Part shown: positions 1 through 9,455 of the stretch, piece by piece
Numbering within the stretch: the stretch's first letter is position 1
How the letters are laid out: every line of letters begins with the position of its first letter
Assembly: GCA_034520965.1 (NCBI GenBank)
Contig: JAXHMY010000001.1
Location: forward strand, 672,001 to 736,000
Source: Spirochaetia bacterium
GTDB lineage: Bacteria > Spirochaetota > Spirochaetia > DSM-16054 > Sediminispirochaetaceae
Reading direction: 5' to 3'
Length of the DNA: 64,000 bases
Position numbers and translations under genes: made by a program
The notes under the pieces: model-generated
The model's input: the letters and a program-made list of their open reading frames with translations, nothing else
Databases searched by the model: none
What the model was told of the DNA's origin: nothing

Positions 1-811
1 ATCCATTTGACAATAAGCCCCCCCGGTTTCTTCTGCTAGTTTTCGCAGGGGCACCGGATTCAGCCTACTAATTACAACTTCCCCGCTCTGGTTGCGAAGA
101 GAGTGCTCTTCACTTAAAGGGATTTCTCCCCCCTGTGTCGTTCCCACCCCGACTACATCAACCGTAATTTGTTCCTTAGAAGCGGCAGTTGTCACAGCTG
201 TACTACTTCCCGCTATGAAAGTGGCCGTCTGTAAAGAGTATGACAATTTTACGACGTTCTTCTCCGGAGGGAAAAGCCTTAAAAGCAGTCTCCAGCCCGG
301 CCTGGATATTGGTGCTGCCGGATGAAAACATCGAGGGGGCAACAGTATCAATAGCCTTCTTCATGGCTTCAAGATCCTCTGTTACCGGCACATAGACATA
401 TCCCTCACCTTTAAAAACCACCAAACCATAACGAGAGGAATTACTGCGGCCTATGATACTGTTGATCAATACGGTAGTTCTCTCTAAACGGCTCGGCTGA
501 ATATCCCGACTCAGCATACTACGAGAAATGTCTACGGCAAAAATGACATCCTTATCAGACGGAAGTTCTTCAAGGGCCTCCCGCTTGTCTTTAATTCCCG
601 TCAGTGCAAGAACAATAAACAAAAGTGAGAGTAAGAAGAAAAAGGATGTGAAAAACCATTTAATAGTAAATACATCAAACAGCCTATTCGCAGGACCCCG
701 CCCCTTCACACGCTTGAACTCTTTACGCCCCATTCGATAATTTCGCAGCAGGACCGCTCCGACCGGGAGTAACAGCAGAAGCAGCCACAAACTTTCGGGA
801 TGAAGCAGCAT
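1..811 (-). CDS. batB: BatB-like VWA domain protein; frameshift near 208, runs off left edge
   Basis: ATG at 811 next to the batA stop; MIDAS motif DISRSM, PSRLE, ILFTDG; after a frameshift at a G run near 208 it continues VDVVGVGTTQGGEIP...LAEETGGAY. Confidence 0.75.
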
Positions 812-812
812 A

Positions 813-1814
813 CTAGAGAACCTCCCGGAAAATAATTTTACGAATAACAAATGCAAGCAGTAATAGTACCAACGCGGCCAGGATAAATTCACGATGAATT
901 GGTTCAGTTTTTATATCCACTCGTACCCTCTGCTGAACGCTCTCAAGGGAGTCAATATCATTGAAAACCGATTCTAACGACCCCGGACTGGTAGCCGGAA
1001 AAAACTTTCCATCGGTCATTGTGGAGATTTCTTTCAGGAGTTCCTCATCATACTGACTTTCTATTTTGCCGCGAATGATATTGCCGGTAGCCGGATCTTC
1101 AAGCTCAATCGGCACTTCACCGTGGGTACCAACTCCTATTGTATATACTCGAACCCCCATCTCGGCTGCTATCTTGGCCGCTGAGAGGGGAGGTATCTCT
1201 CCTGCGTTGTTCTCTCCGTCAGTGATCAATATTACAATTTTGTTCTGAGCCTGACTATGCTGGAGATGCACGCAGGCTACAGCTATTCCCATTCCGATTG
1301 CAGTCCCCTGCCCCATCTCCATCAATTTCATCCCGTCCAGTCGGTCATACACGGTTTGATAGTCACGGGTGGGAGGCACCCTCAGTGCCGCCTGGTTTCC
1401 AAAACCGACAATGCCAATCGAATCATTATTACGTCGTCCGACAAAATCCTTCAACACCCCCTTCGCAGTTTCAAAACGGTTGACCGGTGAGAAATCCTGG
1501 GCAGCCATACTGGGAGATTCATCTAGTACCAACAGAATGTCATGTCCACGGTTCAGATGGATACGCTCTTTTTCGGAAATTGATGGACCGGCTACCGCTA
1601 TTAAAAGTGCGATCAAAGCACACCAGAAGGCAGCAGTTGAAACAAATAAAGCGAAACGCTCTATAAAGCGGGCTTTTGAGAGGACCTCTTTCTGCCAAAT
1701 GGTGAAGGAAAAAGAGATATGAGCTCCCCGTTTATTCCACAAATGGTTTAGATAGAGAAGGGTCGGCAAAACGGCTAAAAGTATTAACAATACGGGAGAA
1801 TCAAAAGTGATCAT
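813..1814 (-). CDS. batA: BatA-like VWA domain membrane protein
   Basis: N-terminal TM segments, DESPSM MIDAS motif, GTAIGMG, ILITDGENNAG, C-terminal TM. Confidence 0.85.
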   Translation of the reverse strand: MITFDSPVLLILLAVLPTLLYLNHLWNKRGAHISFSFTIWQKEVLSKARFIERFALFVSTAAFWCALIALLIAVAGPSISEKERIHLNRGHDILLVLDESPSMAAQDFSPVNRFETAKGVLKDFVGRRNNDSIGIVGFGNQAALRVPPTRDYQTVYDRLDGMKLMEMGQGTAIGMGIAVACVHLQHSQAQNKIVILITDGENNAGEIPPLSAAKIAAEMGVRVYTIGVGTHGEVPIELEDPATGNIIRGKIESQYDEELLKEISTMTDGKFFPATSPGSLESVFNDIDSLESVQQRVRVDIKTEPIHREFILAALVLLLLAFVIRKIIFREVL

Positions 1815-2758
1815 TTCGTGGGCTTTCTCCGTTTCTGTTTTTTTTGTTTCTCCGCTTCTCGATTAGCACCCTCAACATATGCCTCAATCTCCTTTGCAGC
1901 GGAAACCACCATTTCAAGGTCCTCTTCACGCTGTTTTTTTGATGCATTTAAGCCGCCGAACTTGATCTCATCGCTTTGCTGCATCATTCGCACCAAGGCG
2001 TCAACCTGTTCGGTACTGTCGGAAGGTAGAGTTTTCCGCAACTGTGCGCGAAGCTCGGAAGAGGTAAGCGATATAAAATCCTCCTTTGTTCGGGAAGAGA
2101 GGTAATGTCGCAGCTCCGCCGACAATACTATATAGAATCGGCGGCTGCTCATTTGCAGATGCTTCTCACGCAGATCCTTCAATGCACGCATAAAGCGCTT
2201 GTGCGGTCGTCTGCCCGTCTTGATAGATACAAACCACTTCACCCCTTTAGTCACGCGGCCGGCAAAACTGAATACAAATACAGGACCAAAAAACAGAATA
2301 AGAACCGCCAGACCAATGGCCAGCCGTGTTCCTGGAAGATAGAGTTGCCCCTTGATGCCGAAAAAGTCCAAAGTCCGTTCCTGGAGAATTGATTTTGTGT
2401 GCAGCTTTACATCATTGAGCACTACATCCCCTAGCTGCATAACCGGGAGGGTCCTGGTTCCCGGTGCGTATGAAGTAAAATCAATCTGCACATCCCACCG
2501 CGATCCCTCTTGTTCTACCCGCACATCGTGGATATCAATCCAATTGGTAACCGGCACTTCTTCAGGCGGCAGCACTCGCATACCCGACTCGGGATACAAA
2601 CTCAGGCGCATTTCCACAGTATCTCCTACATAAATATCGGGTGGCAAAAAGATGTGGTTCTCAACCCGAGCCCCCTCTACCGAGGCCACCGGCATCAGAA
2701 TACAGAGCAGCAACAGCACGACCCAGAAGAATACCATCGTCCTTCGTACAGCTCTCAC
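1811..2758 (-). CDS. Bat-operon membrane protein (signal peptide, beta-rich domain, TM, cytoplasmic tail)
   Basis: 315 aa ORF overlapping both neighbours by 4 nt in the MoxR/Bat operon; hydrophobic N-terminus and central TM. Confidence 0.7.
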   Translation of the reverse strand: MRAVRRTMVFFWVVLLLLCILMPVASVEGARVENHIFLPPDIYVGDTVEMRLSLYPESGMRVLPPEEVPVTNWIDIHDVRVEQEGSRWDVQIDFTSYAPGTRTLPVMQLGDVVLNDVKLHTKSILQERTLDFFGIKGQLYLPGTRLAIGLAVLILFFGPVFVFSFAGRVTKGVKWFVSIKTGRRPHKRFMRALKDLREKHLQMSSRRFYIVLSAELRHYLSSRTKEDFISLTSSELRAQLRKTLPSDSTEQVDALVRMMQQSDEIKFGGLNASKKQREEDLEMVVSAAKEIEAYVEGANREAEKQKKQKRRKPTK

Positions 2759-3631
2759 CTTCGCCGTCTCCTCGATTCAAAGAACTGCATCAATTTCACT
2801 ACTGGATCGTCGTTTGTACTCATTGAGAGCGTACCGAGCCCGCGTCGACGGGATTCCCGCTGCCAGAGTAAGTGGTAGGCATCCCAAAACTCGCGGTAGG
2901 AGTGTCGAAACTTTCTGCTCCCGCCCGGAGCCTGCAGGCGGGCACCTGTCTCCGGATCAACCAGTTGAACTAAACCGGTAAAGGGAAATACCTTTTCTGA
3001 AGGGTCGGTAATTTTTACCGCAATCACGTCGTGTTTCTTGGCCAACAAACTCATCTCTCGCCAACTCGGGCTCACCCTGAAATCGGAAATTATCACACAA
3101 ATTCCCCGCCGGTTGAGAGATTCATACACCGTCCGTATGGCATGGCCCAGGTCCGATCCCTGCCCCTCCGGGGGCAGGTGCATCATATCTTCTACTAATC
3201 GAAAGACCTGTTTTTTGCCCTTCCGCGGGGGTATCCACTTTTCTATCTTATCCGAGAAGAAAACCGCCCCCACTCGGTCGTTGTTATGGACCGCAGAAAA
3301 GGCCAAGAGAGAACTTACCACCGCGACCATATCCTGCTTACTCATGCGTCCTGTACCCGTTTGCAGTGAAGCAGACATCATCAGGCATAAACCGAACCGC
3401 ATTGCTCTGCGCTTAGCGGAAGGTTTTCATGTAAGGCTCCCCTAAGCGAGAACTCACATTCCAATCAATAAAGCGTGCATCATCCCCCTCGTGGTATTCC
3501 CGTACCTCATCGAACTCAAGCCCCGGGCCCCGGAACACCGACCGGTAATTTCCGGACAGCAATCCCTCGACCAATTTGGCCGAGGCGAGAGGCAGGTTCT
3601 TAATGCGTGAGAAAAGACTGAAGGTATCCAT
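2755..3631 (-). CDS. DUF58 family protein, broken near 3400-3415
   Basis: G.EFDEVREY..GDD.R.IDWNVS motif in 3413-3631; SAS, NDRVG and IISDF motifs in 2755-3402; junction sequence is garbled. Confidence 0.85.
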
Positions 3632-3636
3632 ACAGT

Positions 3637-4617
3637 TTAAGGTACCGGAACTACTTTCAGCAGTTGCGCGATTACATCATCCGGAGTAAGCTCTTCCGAC
3701 TCCGCCTCATAACTTAACACAATTCGGTGACGCAGGACCCGATAGGCCACCGCTTTTACATCATCGGGAATAGCAAAGGTTCGCCCCTCAAACAGAGCTT
3801 TTATCTTTGCACAGCGGTACAGATAAATAGTTGCACGGGTAGAGGCTCCGTAATCGATAAAGCGGGAGAAACTGCGGCTCTCTTCACTAGTAGTCCGTGA
3901 GGCGGTGACAATCTGTACAATATACTCTTCTATCCGCTCATCCACCAAAATTGTAGATGCAACCTTCCGCAGTTCACGCAACTGAACAGGAGTAAGCACC
4001 TTCTCCACTCTTATATCTTGAAAAATGCCCATTCGCCGAAGTATCTTCAACTCCTCTTCACTACTCGGATATTCAACTTGAAGTTTCATAAGAAAACGGT
4101 CAAGCTGGGCTTCCGGCAAGGGGTAGGTACCCTCCTGTTCGATCGGGTTCTGAGTAGCCAAAACAAAAAACGGGTCAGGCAAGGGGTAGGTTGTCTCCCC
4201 GATGGTTACCTGACGCTCTTCCATTGCCTCTAACAAGGCCGATTGCACTTTGGCCGGGGCGCGGTTAATTTCGTCGGCAAGAATAATATTACTAAACACG
4301 GGTCCCTTGCGCGGCACAAACTCACCGGTATTCTGCCGGTAGATCAGGGTACCGATCAGGTCGGCGGGCAGCAAATCCGGGGTAAACTGTAGTCGCTTGA
4401 AGTCGACATCGACCACATCGGCAACAGTTTTTACCGCCAATGTTTTTGCCAAACCCGGCACACCCTCCAGCAGCACATGGCCGCCGGCGATCAAGGCCAT
4501 CAAAATGCCGTCTACCATGTTCTGCTGGCCAACAATGCGTTTACCTATCTCTTCCCTACACTGATCAAGCTCCGCAGATGTGTGAGCTATTCTATCTTCA
4601 AATTCCGTCATTATCAT
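3637..4617 (-). CDS. moxR: MoxR family AAA+ ATPase
   Basis: GVPGLAKT Walker A, RLQFTPDLLPAD, LADEINRAPAKVQSALLEAM, ATQNPIEQEGTYPLPEAQLDRF. Confidence 0.95.
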   Translation of the reverse strand: MIMTEFEDRIAHTSAELDQCREEIGKRIVGQQNMVDGILMALIAGGHVLLEGVPGLAKTLAVKTVADVVDVDFKRLQFTPDLLPADLIGTLIYRQNTGEFVPRKGPVFSNIILADEINRAPAKVQSALLEAMEERQVTIGETTYPLPDPFFVLATQNPIEQEGTYPLPEAQLDRFLMKLQVEYPSSEEELKILRRMGIFQDIRVEKVLTPVQLRELRKVASTILVDERIEEYIVQIVTASRTTSEESRSFSRFIDYGASTRATIYLYRCAKIKALFEGRTFAIPDDVKAVAYRVLRHRIVLSYEAESEELTPDDVIAQLLKVVPVP

Positions 4618-4723
4618 AGAGTATCCTTATATAGCTTTACTTTGTAGTGACCTTTTACCATAATATATCAAGGTAGAGGTTGCAATACCAGCAATTCGAA
4701 ATGGAGAAGTAAGGACGGTTTGT

Positions 4724-5569
4724 ATGATAAAAACAAATTACCATAGTCACAGCTCATTCTGCGATGGAGAGGGACGCTTAGAGGCATATGTTGAATATGC
4801 CCTTTCTCAACACATGCAGGCCCTTGGTTTCTCCGGGCATGCCCCGCTGCCCTTTCCCAACGCATGGACAATGGATGAGGAAGCTTTATCCCTCTACCTT
4901 GGGGAGGCGCAGCATTTAAAAGAATTGTACCGCGGCAGAATTGAACTTTATACAGGTTTAGAAATAGACTACCTTGATGAGACCCACAATCCGGCCCATT
5001 CCTATTACGAGGCACTGGAGCTGGATTACCGAATAGGTTCGGTGCATATGCTGCCGGACCCGGAGAACGGCGAATTTTATTCGGTGGACGGGCCAACCGA
5101 CGAGATCGAGCACTTGCTGGATAAAGTGTATGAGGGTTCAGCTGAAAAAATGATAACTGCGTATTACCGTCAGCTGCAGAATATGGTGAGAATCGGGGGC
5201 TTCGATTTTATCGGCCACCTCGACCTGGTAAAAAAGCAAAACAGAAATATGGCCTTTTTCTCGGAGAAAGAGGAGTGGTATCAAGACCTAATCACTGGAG
5301 TACTGGATACTATTTCTGTCTACGGCCGGATGGTGGAGGTGAATACCGGGGCTATTGCGCGCGGATACACCGACGAGCCCTATCCCTCCCCCTGGATTCT
5401 CAAGATGTGCTTGGAGCGGAATATTCCGATCATCTTAAACTCAGATGCCCATAAACCCTCATGGGTGGATTTTGGTTTTGATGAGGCGCGAAAGATAATT
5501 GCAGAAGCGGGCTATTCGAGGGGTATGGCCCTCTTACAGGGAAAGTGGCAGGAGGTACAGTATGCGTGA
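4724..5569 (+). CDS. Histidinol-phosphatase, PHP (HisJ/HisK) family
   Basis: NYHSHS.FCDG, GFSGH, GLEID, IGSVH, GHLDL, EVNT, NSDAH metal-binding motifs. Confidence 0.85.
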   Translation: MIKTNYHSHSSFCDGEGRLEAYVEYALSQHMQALGFSGHAPLPFPNAWTMDEEALSLYLGEAQHLKELYRGRIELYTGLEIDYLDETHNPAHSYYEALELDYRIGSVHMLPDPENGEFYSVDGPTDEIEHLLDKVYEGSAEKMITAYYRQLQNMVRIGGFDFIGHLDLVKKQNRNMAFFSEKEEWYQDLITGVLDTISVYGRMVEVNTGAIARGYTDEPYPSPWILKMCLERNIPIILNSDAHKPSWVDFGFDEARKIIAEAGYSRGMALLQGKWQEVQYA

Positions 5570-6434
5570 AGCTGAAAATCTTGACGAAGTGGCCGCTGCG
5601 CGTATTGAAGAGTTGAAGCAAATTGTCCGTCGAAACGCAGAGCAGCATAACAAGACTATCAAGACACTGAAAGAAACCCGAACCACCGTTAGGCGTAACT
5701 ACCACGGAATGGTCCAATTGTTGATTGAGGTTATATCTCTGGGAAATCGATACCTCGGCGGGCATCTAAAGCGCTGCGCAGAAACTTCATGGCAGTTCTG
5801 CACGCATATACAACTGCCGAAGGACGTATGCTACCTGCACTACTACGGAGCACTGCTGCACGATATCGGGCTGGTCGGAAAAGGGGCCGAACTAAGCGAA
5901 ACACCGCCGGAACAGCTCTCTGACCAGCAGCGGGAAGAGTTTCGCCAGCACCCTCTTTACGGGGAGAAAATCATCAGCACAGTGTATAATCTTAAACGAA
6001 CTGCAGATATCATTCGCTCCCATCATGAGCGGTACGACGGGCACGGATTTCCCGACCAGCTGCAGGGAAGCTCCATTCCCCGCGGTGCCCGCATGGTACG
6101 AATCGTAAACGACTGGGACAACCTGCTGTACAAATACAATCTGAATATTGAAGCGGCGGTAGAGTCGATCTCCTCCGGCTCCGGAACCCTGTACGACCCC
6201 AAAATTACCGACAAGTTTATTGAATTTGCCGAATGGGCCAAAAACCGTGAAGAGCCGGGAAAAAAAATCCATATCTCCGAACTTGTCCCTGGTATGTATC
6301 TAAAAGAGGATATACTGCTAAACAACGGGCTGATGCTGATGCCCCACGGAATGGTACTGGACCAGTTTACCATAGACAAGATACACTCCTTCGAGTCGAT
6401 GATCGAAGGCGACCATTCAATTACCGTTGTGTAG
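5562..6434 (+). CDS. HD-GYP-like phosphohydrolase with N-terminal coiled coil
   Basis: LLHDIG and HHERYDGHGFP; ATG at 5562 overlaps the upstream gene end. Confidence 0.8.
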   Translation: MREAENLDEVAAARIEELKQIVRRNAEQHNKTIKTLKETRTTVRRNYHGMVQLLIEVISLGNRYLGGHLKRCAETSWQFCTHIQLPKDVCYLHYYGALLHDIGLVGKGAELSETPPEQLSDQQREEFRQHPLYGEKIISTVYNLKRTADIIRSHHERYDGHGFPDQLQGSSIPRGARMVRIVNDWDNLLYKYNLNIEAAVESISSGSGTLYDPKITDKFIEFAEWAKNREEPGKKIHISELVPGMYLKEDILLNNGLMLMPHGMVLDQFTIDKIHSFESMIEGDHSITVV

Positions 6435-6466
6435 ATAACAAAAGAAGCTTAGCTGCCCCCGGAGGA

Positions 6467-7252
6467 CTAAGCCTCCGGTTTTGGTTTGCCTACCGGGGCC
6501 GCGTATACCACGAACTCATCCTGCCCATCGACTCCCAATAAGCGATCACTCTTTTCTTGATCAAAGGCACCCACCGCGCAGGTTCCGGCTCCAATTGCCT
6601 CACAAGCCAGATACAGGTTCTGACACACATGCCCTGCATCGAGCAGAATCAGACGATAGGCCTCAAAGGCATAGGCCCGCTCTGAGCGATAGGGTACTGC
6701 AGTCCAGATAAAGCTGGCCGCCGCCCCAAAATTATGGGCCAACAGTGCTTCATCGAGCAGTTTCTCACTTTCTTCTCCAAAATCTTCAGCCGGTTTTAGT
6801 AACTCTAGGCTGTGATCCAAGGGCAGGTAATGGTAGAGCCCCGGCTTTAATCCCTCCACTCTTTGCACAAAGATGTAGGTCTCTAAAGGATGACGCGCTC
6901 CACCGGAGGGAACCGTTCTCAGGGTTATTTTGTCCGTCTTCTTACGAACTCCCTGGATAGCCCACAATAGATAGGCCAGTTCATCGAAACTCAAGGCTTC
7001 AGCGCTAAACTTCCGGCGACTCCGCCGAGCATAGATTGCCTCGTTCAAGGAAATGGTGCTGCCGACTCCCTTCCGCAGCGAGTCTATTGCCGGCAGAGGC
7101 ACCACGGTATCTGCGCTAGGTGCTTTCTGCAGCGGCGGCCGTGGAGTATTTTTCTTGCGATCGGTCTCAAACGAGCTTAATTCATTCCAGTTTGATTTTA
7201 AGATCCAGCGCCCATGTTTTAGGTCCTTGGGCCACGTGTTGATGTTTTGCAT
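6467..7252 (-). CDS. SagB/ThcOx family nitroreductase-fold protein
   Basis: RRSRRKF, RTVPSGGARHPLE, GLYHY, DAGHVCQNLYLACEA, AVGAF. Confidence 0.9.
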   Translation of the reverse strand: MQNINTWPKDLKHGRWILKSNWNELSSFETDRKKNTPRPPLQKAPSADTVVPLPAIDSLRKGVGSTISLNEAIYARRSRRKFSAEALSFDELAYLLWAIQGVRKKTDKITLRTVPSGGARHPLETYIFVQRVEGLKPGLYHYLPLDHSLELLKPAEDFGEESEKLLDEALLAHNFGAAASFIWTAVPYRSERAYAFEAYRLILLDAGHVCQNLYLACEAIGAGTCAVGAFDQEKSDRLLGVDGQDEFVVYAAPVGKPKPEA

Positions 7253-7345
7253 ATACTTCCCCCTTCTAAATAAGTATAGCAGCATAGGTTGAAACTACCA
7301 AGACCGAGACTTTCAATGAGCCTCAATTTACGCTACACTGAAGGT

Positions 7346-7768
7346 ATGAAGAAAACCACATCATTAAAAGAATTAGTTGAAGATGGGCTGTCTGAAGCTG
7401 AAGATCTTAACTGTGCCGAGACGATTTTGTATGCAGCTAATCGGGCTTATGGACTTGAGATGCCGCATTCTGCACTTAAATTAGCCGCCGGCTTCGGTGG
7501 CGGGATGGGTATCGGCTCAACCTGCGGAGCTCTCACCGGCAGTATTATGGCCCTCAGTGCCATATTTGTAAAAGACCGCGGCCATGAGAGCGACTACATT
7601 AAAACCCTGAATGCAGAGTTATTTGAAAGCTTCAGAAACAGAATGGAGTCCATCGATTGTGACTACCTAAAGGAACACTACCGCTCACCCCAGGATAGCT
7701 GTCACCCAATAATCCTTGCAGCTGCAGAATTAACTGAAGCACTGATAGATCGCGAGTTAGACTTGTAA
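7346..7768 (+). CDS. C_GCAxxG_C_C family putative redox protein
   Basis: NCAE, GFGGG, CGALTG plus two downstream Cys. Confidence 0.85.
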   Translation: MKKTTSLKELVEDGLSEAEDLNCAETILYAANRAYGLEMPHSALKLAAGFGGGMGIGSTCGALTGSIMALSAIFVKDRGHESDYIKTLNAELFESFRNRMESIDCDYLKEHYRSPQDSCHPIILAAAELTEALIDRELDL

Positions 7769-7820
7769 AATTCAGCCTTTATCAACTAATTCGTAAATTT
7801 TTGCTAAAGGAGGATTTCAA

Positions 7821-8273
7821 ATGTCAACTTCAAAGAAATTACTTTTATCGATGCTAAAAAACTATATTCATGAGGGAAAACAGTTTTCAGAAGACATTCC
7901 GGCAGCATATCTGACTGTTCATCAAATCGGGGTACTTGCCGGTCGGGGAAGTCTCGATTTTGGAGGCAGCGAGTACTCCACAGCACAAATCGACTGGCTC
8001 GTACCACAGAAACAGCAGGAAGAAGACAAATATGGCTGGTGGCACCTCCCGCCGGGCAGCTATTTGGTTGAATTCAACGAAACACTGGAGCTCTCGCCCG
8101 GAATGCGAGCTTATCTGCAGATCTGGAAGAAGGCCGCCCGAAACGGGATTCAGCACCCCTTTATGCTAATCGACACATCCCACTCACCTCTGCAGGTGCT
8201 TGTCACGGTGGGACCCGAAGGGATCGATATAAAGGAGAATGCCAGGCTCTCACAACTCGGGCTTCTGGATTAA
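7821..8273 (+). CDS. dCTP deaminase/dUTPase-like protein
   Basis: AGGAGG RBS; GSLDFGGSE, W.LPPGSYLVEFNE and IKENARLSQL resemble the trimeric dUTPase fold. Confidence 0.6.
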   Translation: MSTSKKLLLSMLKNYIHEGKQFSEDIPAAYLTVHQIGVLAGRGSLDFGGSEYSTAQIDWLVPQKQQEEDKYGWWHLPPGSYLVEFNETLELSPGMRAYLQIWKKAARNGIQHPFMLIDTSHSPLQVLVTVGPEGIDIKENARLSQLGLLD

Positions 8274-8369
8274 CACTGCCTTTTCAAAGACTCACATATA
8301 TGGTATATTGTTTACTATAATACTAGTGTTACACACTATATGGAAAATATAGTGAAAAAGGAGAAAAAT

Positions 8370-9383
8370 ATGAAACGAACAATTATTTTTTTGGTACTCG
8401 CAGCGTTAACAACTTTTGTCTTTATCGGCTGCGGCGGCGAAGAAGCGGCCGAAAGTGAAGGAGCTACAGAAAGTGAACAGGCCGCCGAGGTTGATGCAAC
8501 CTCTCAGCCTACCAAGATGACCGCAACAAACGCGTCCAACCTTCAAAAAGCCCTTGGTCCAAAGGGATCCTGGATTATAATTTTTGAAGATGACCTAACA
8601 GTAGGCGAGGAGGTTACAATCTCGGGTGAAGTGTACGAAGAGGAAGGTGCGGAAGCACCCCGTCGAAAGCTTGCTCTCTACGCCCAGGACTCGGACCGCA
8701 ACGTGACTGCACGCTATACACTTACCGTTCCTCGCTTGATAGTCGACCACGTGAATACCCGCATTCAAAGTGGTGAGGTTGCCGGTAACGTATATGTGAA
8801 CGCCGAAGGTTTTGAACTGGTAAACGGCGCCACCATCAACGGCAATCTATACTTTGCAAGCAAAGCTATTCGGGACAGCGCCACAATTGACGACTCGTCA
8901 ACCGTAATGGGCGAGATTCGCATAGGTCCTATTACCGATGCGATCACCCGGCCCACCCAAATGACCGTAACTAACGCCGATAACTTGCAGGAAGCTGTCG
9001 GAGCCGACGGTTCCTGGATTGTCATCTTCGAGGATGACCTGGAGGTGGACCAGGAAATTATGGTGTTTGGTGCAGCCTACGAAGACGAAGAGGCCGAAGC
9101 GCCCCGTCGTAAGCTTGCCCTCTACGCCCAGGACTCGGACCGCAACGTGACTGCACGCTATACCCTTTCTCTGCCGCAACTGGTAGTACATCACATGAAC
9201 ACCCGTATTCAGAGCGGAATTATTGAAGGCGATGTGTATGTTGAAGAGTCCGGGTTTGAACTGACCGGCGGAGGCACAATCGAGGGAGACCTCTACTTTG
9301 CCGATGAAGAGCTGAGAGAAAGCGCCACTATCAGTGACGATTCTACGGTTACCGGTGAAATTAGTATTGGCTCATTAGACTAA
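8370..9383 (+). CDS. Acidic lipoprotein with two ~148 aa tandem domains
   Basis: AAGGAG RBS; lipobox FIGC; repeated block RRKLALYAQDSDRNVTARYTL...NTRIQSG...G.VYV...GFEL. Confidence 0.85.
   Translation: MKRTIIFLVLAALTTFVFIGCGGEEAAESEGATESEQAAEVDATSQPTKMTATNASNLQKALGPKGSWIIIFEDDLTVGEEVTISGEVYEEEGAEAPRRKLALYAQDSDRNVTARYTLTVPRLIVDHVNTRIQSGEVAGNVYVNAEGFELVNGATINGNLYFASKAIRDSATIDDSSTVMGEIRIGPITDAITRPTQMTVTNADNLQEAVGADGSWIVIFEDDLEVDQEIMVFGAAYEDEEAEAPRRKLALYAQDSDRNVTARYTLSLPQLVVHHMNTRIQSGIIEGDVYVEESGFELTGGGTIEGDLYFADEELRESATISDDSTVTGEISIGSLD
8676..9163 (+). repeat. 44-bp identical direct repeat (8676-8719 and 9120-9163) inside the lipoprotein gene
   Basis: ctctacgcccaggactcggaccgcaacgtgactgcacgctatac occurs twice, 444 bp apart. 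Confidence 0.9.
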
Positions 9384-9406
9384 GCACAATCCGGTTGTGT
9401 TACACA

Positions 9407-9437
9407 AAACCCGGGCCTATACGCCGGGTTTCATTTT
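9407..9437. terminator. Probable bidirectional intrinsic terminator
   Basis: aaacccgg-N9-ccgggttt followed by catttt, between convergent genes. Confidence 0.65.
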
Positions 9438-9455
9438 AAAGCTACGCGTGGCGTC

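Noticed and set aside
3395..3420. In-frame TAA in DUF58 as stop-codon recoding
   Set aside because: The surrounding ~40 nt are garbled and the frame also shifts; TAA is a normal stop elsewhere in the window
1..4617. MoxR-DUF58-VWA operon as a novel system
   Set aside because: Matches the well-described MoxR/Bat operon organisation
6467..7252. SagB-like gene as part of a RiPP (azole) cluster
   Set aside because: No YcaO, E1-like protein or precursor peptide nearby; stand-alone members are common in anaerobes
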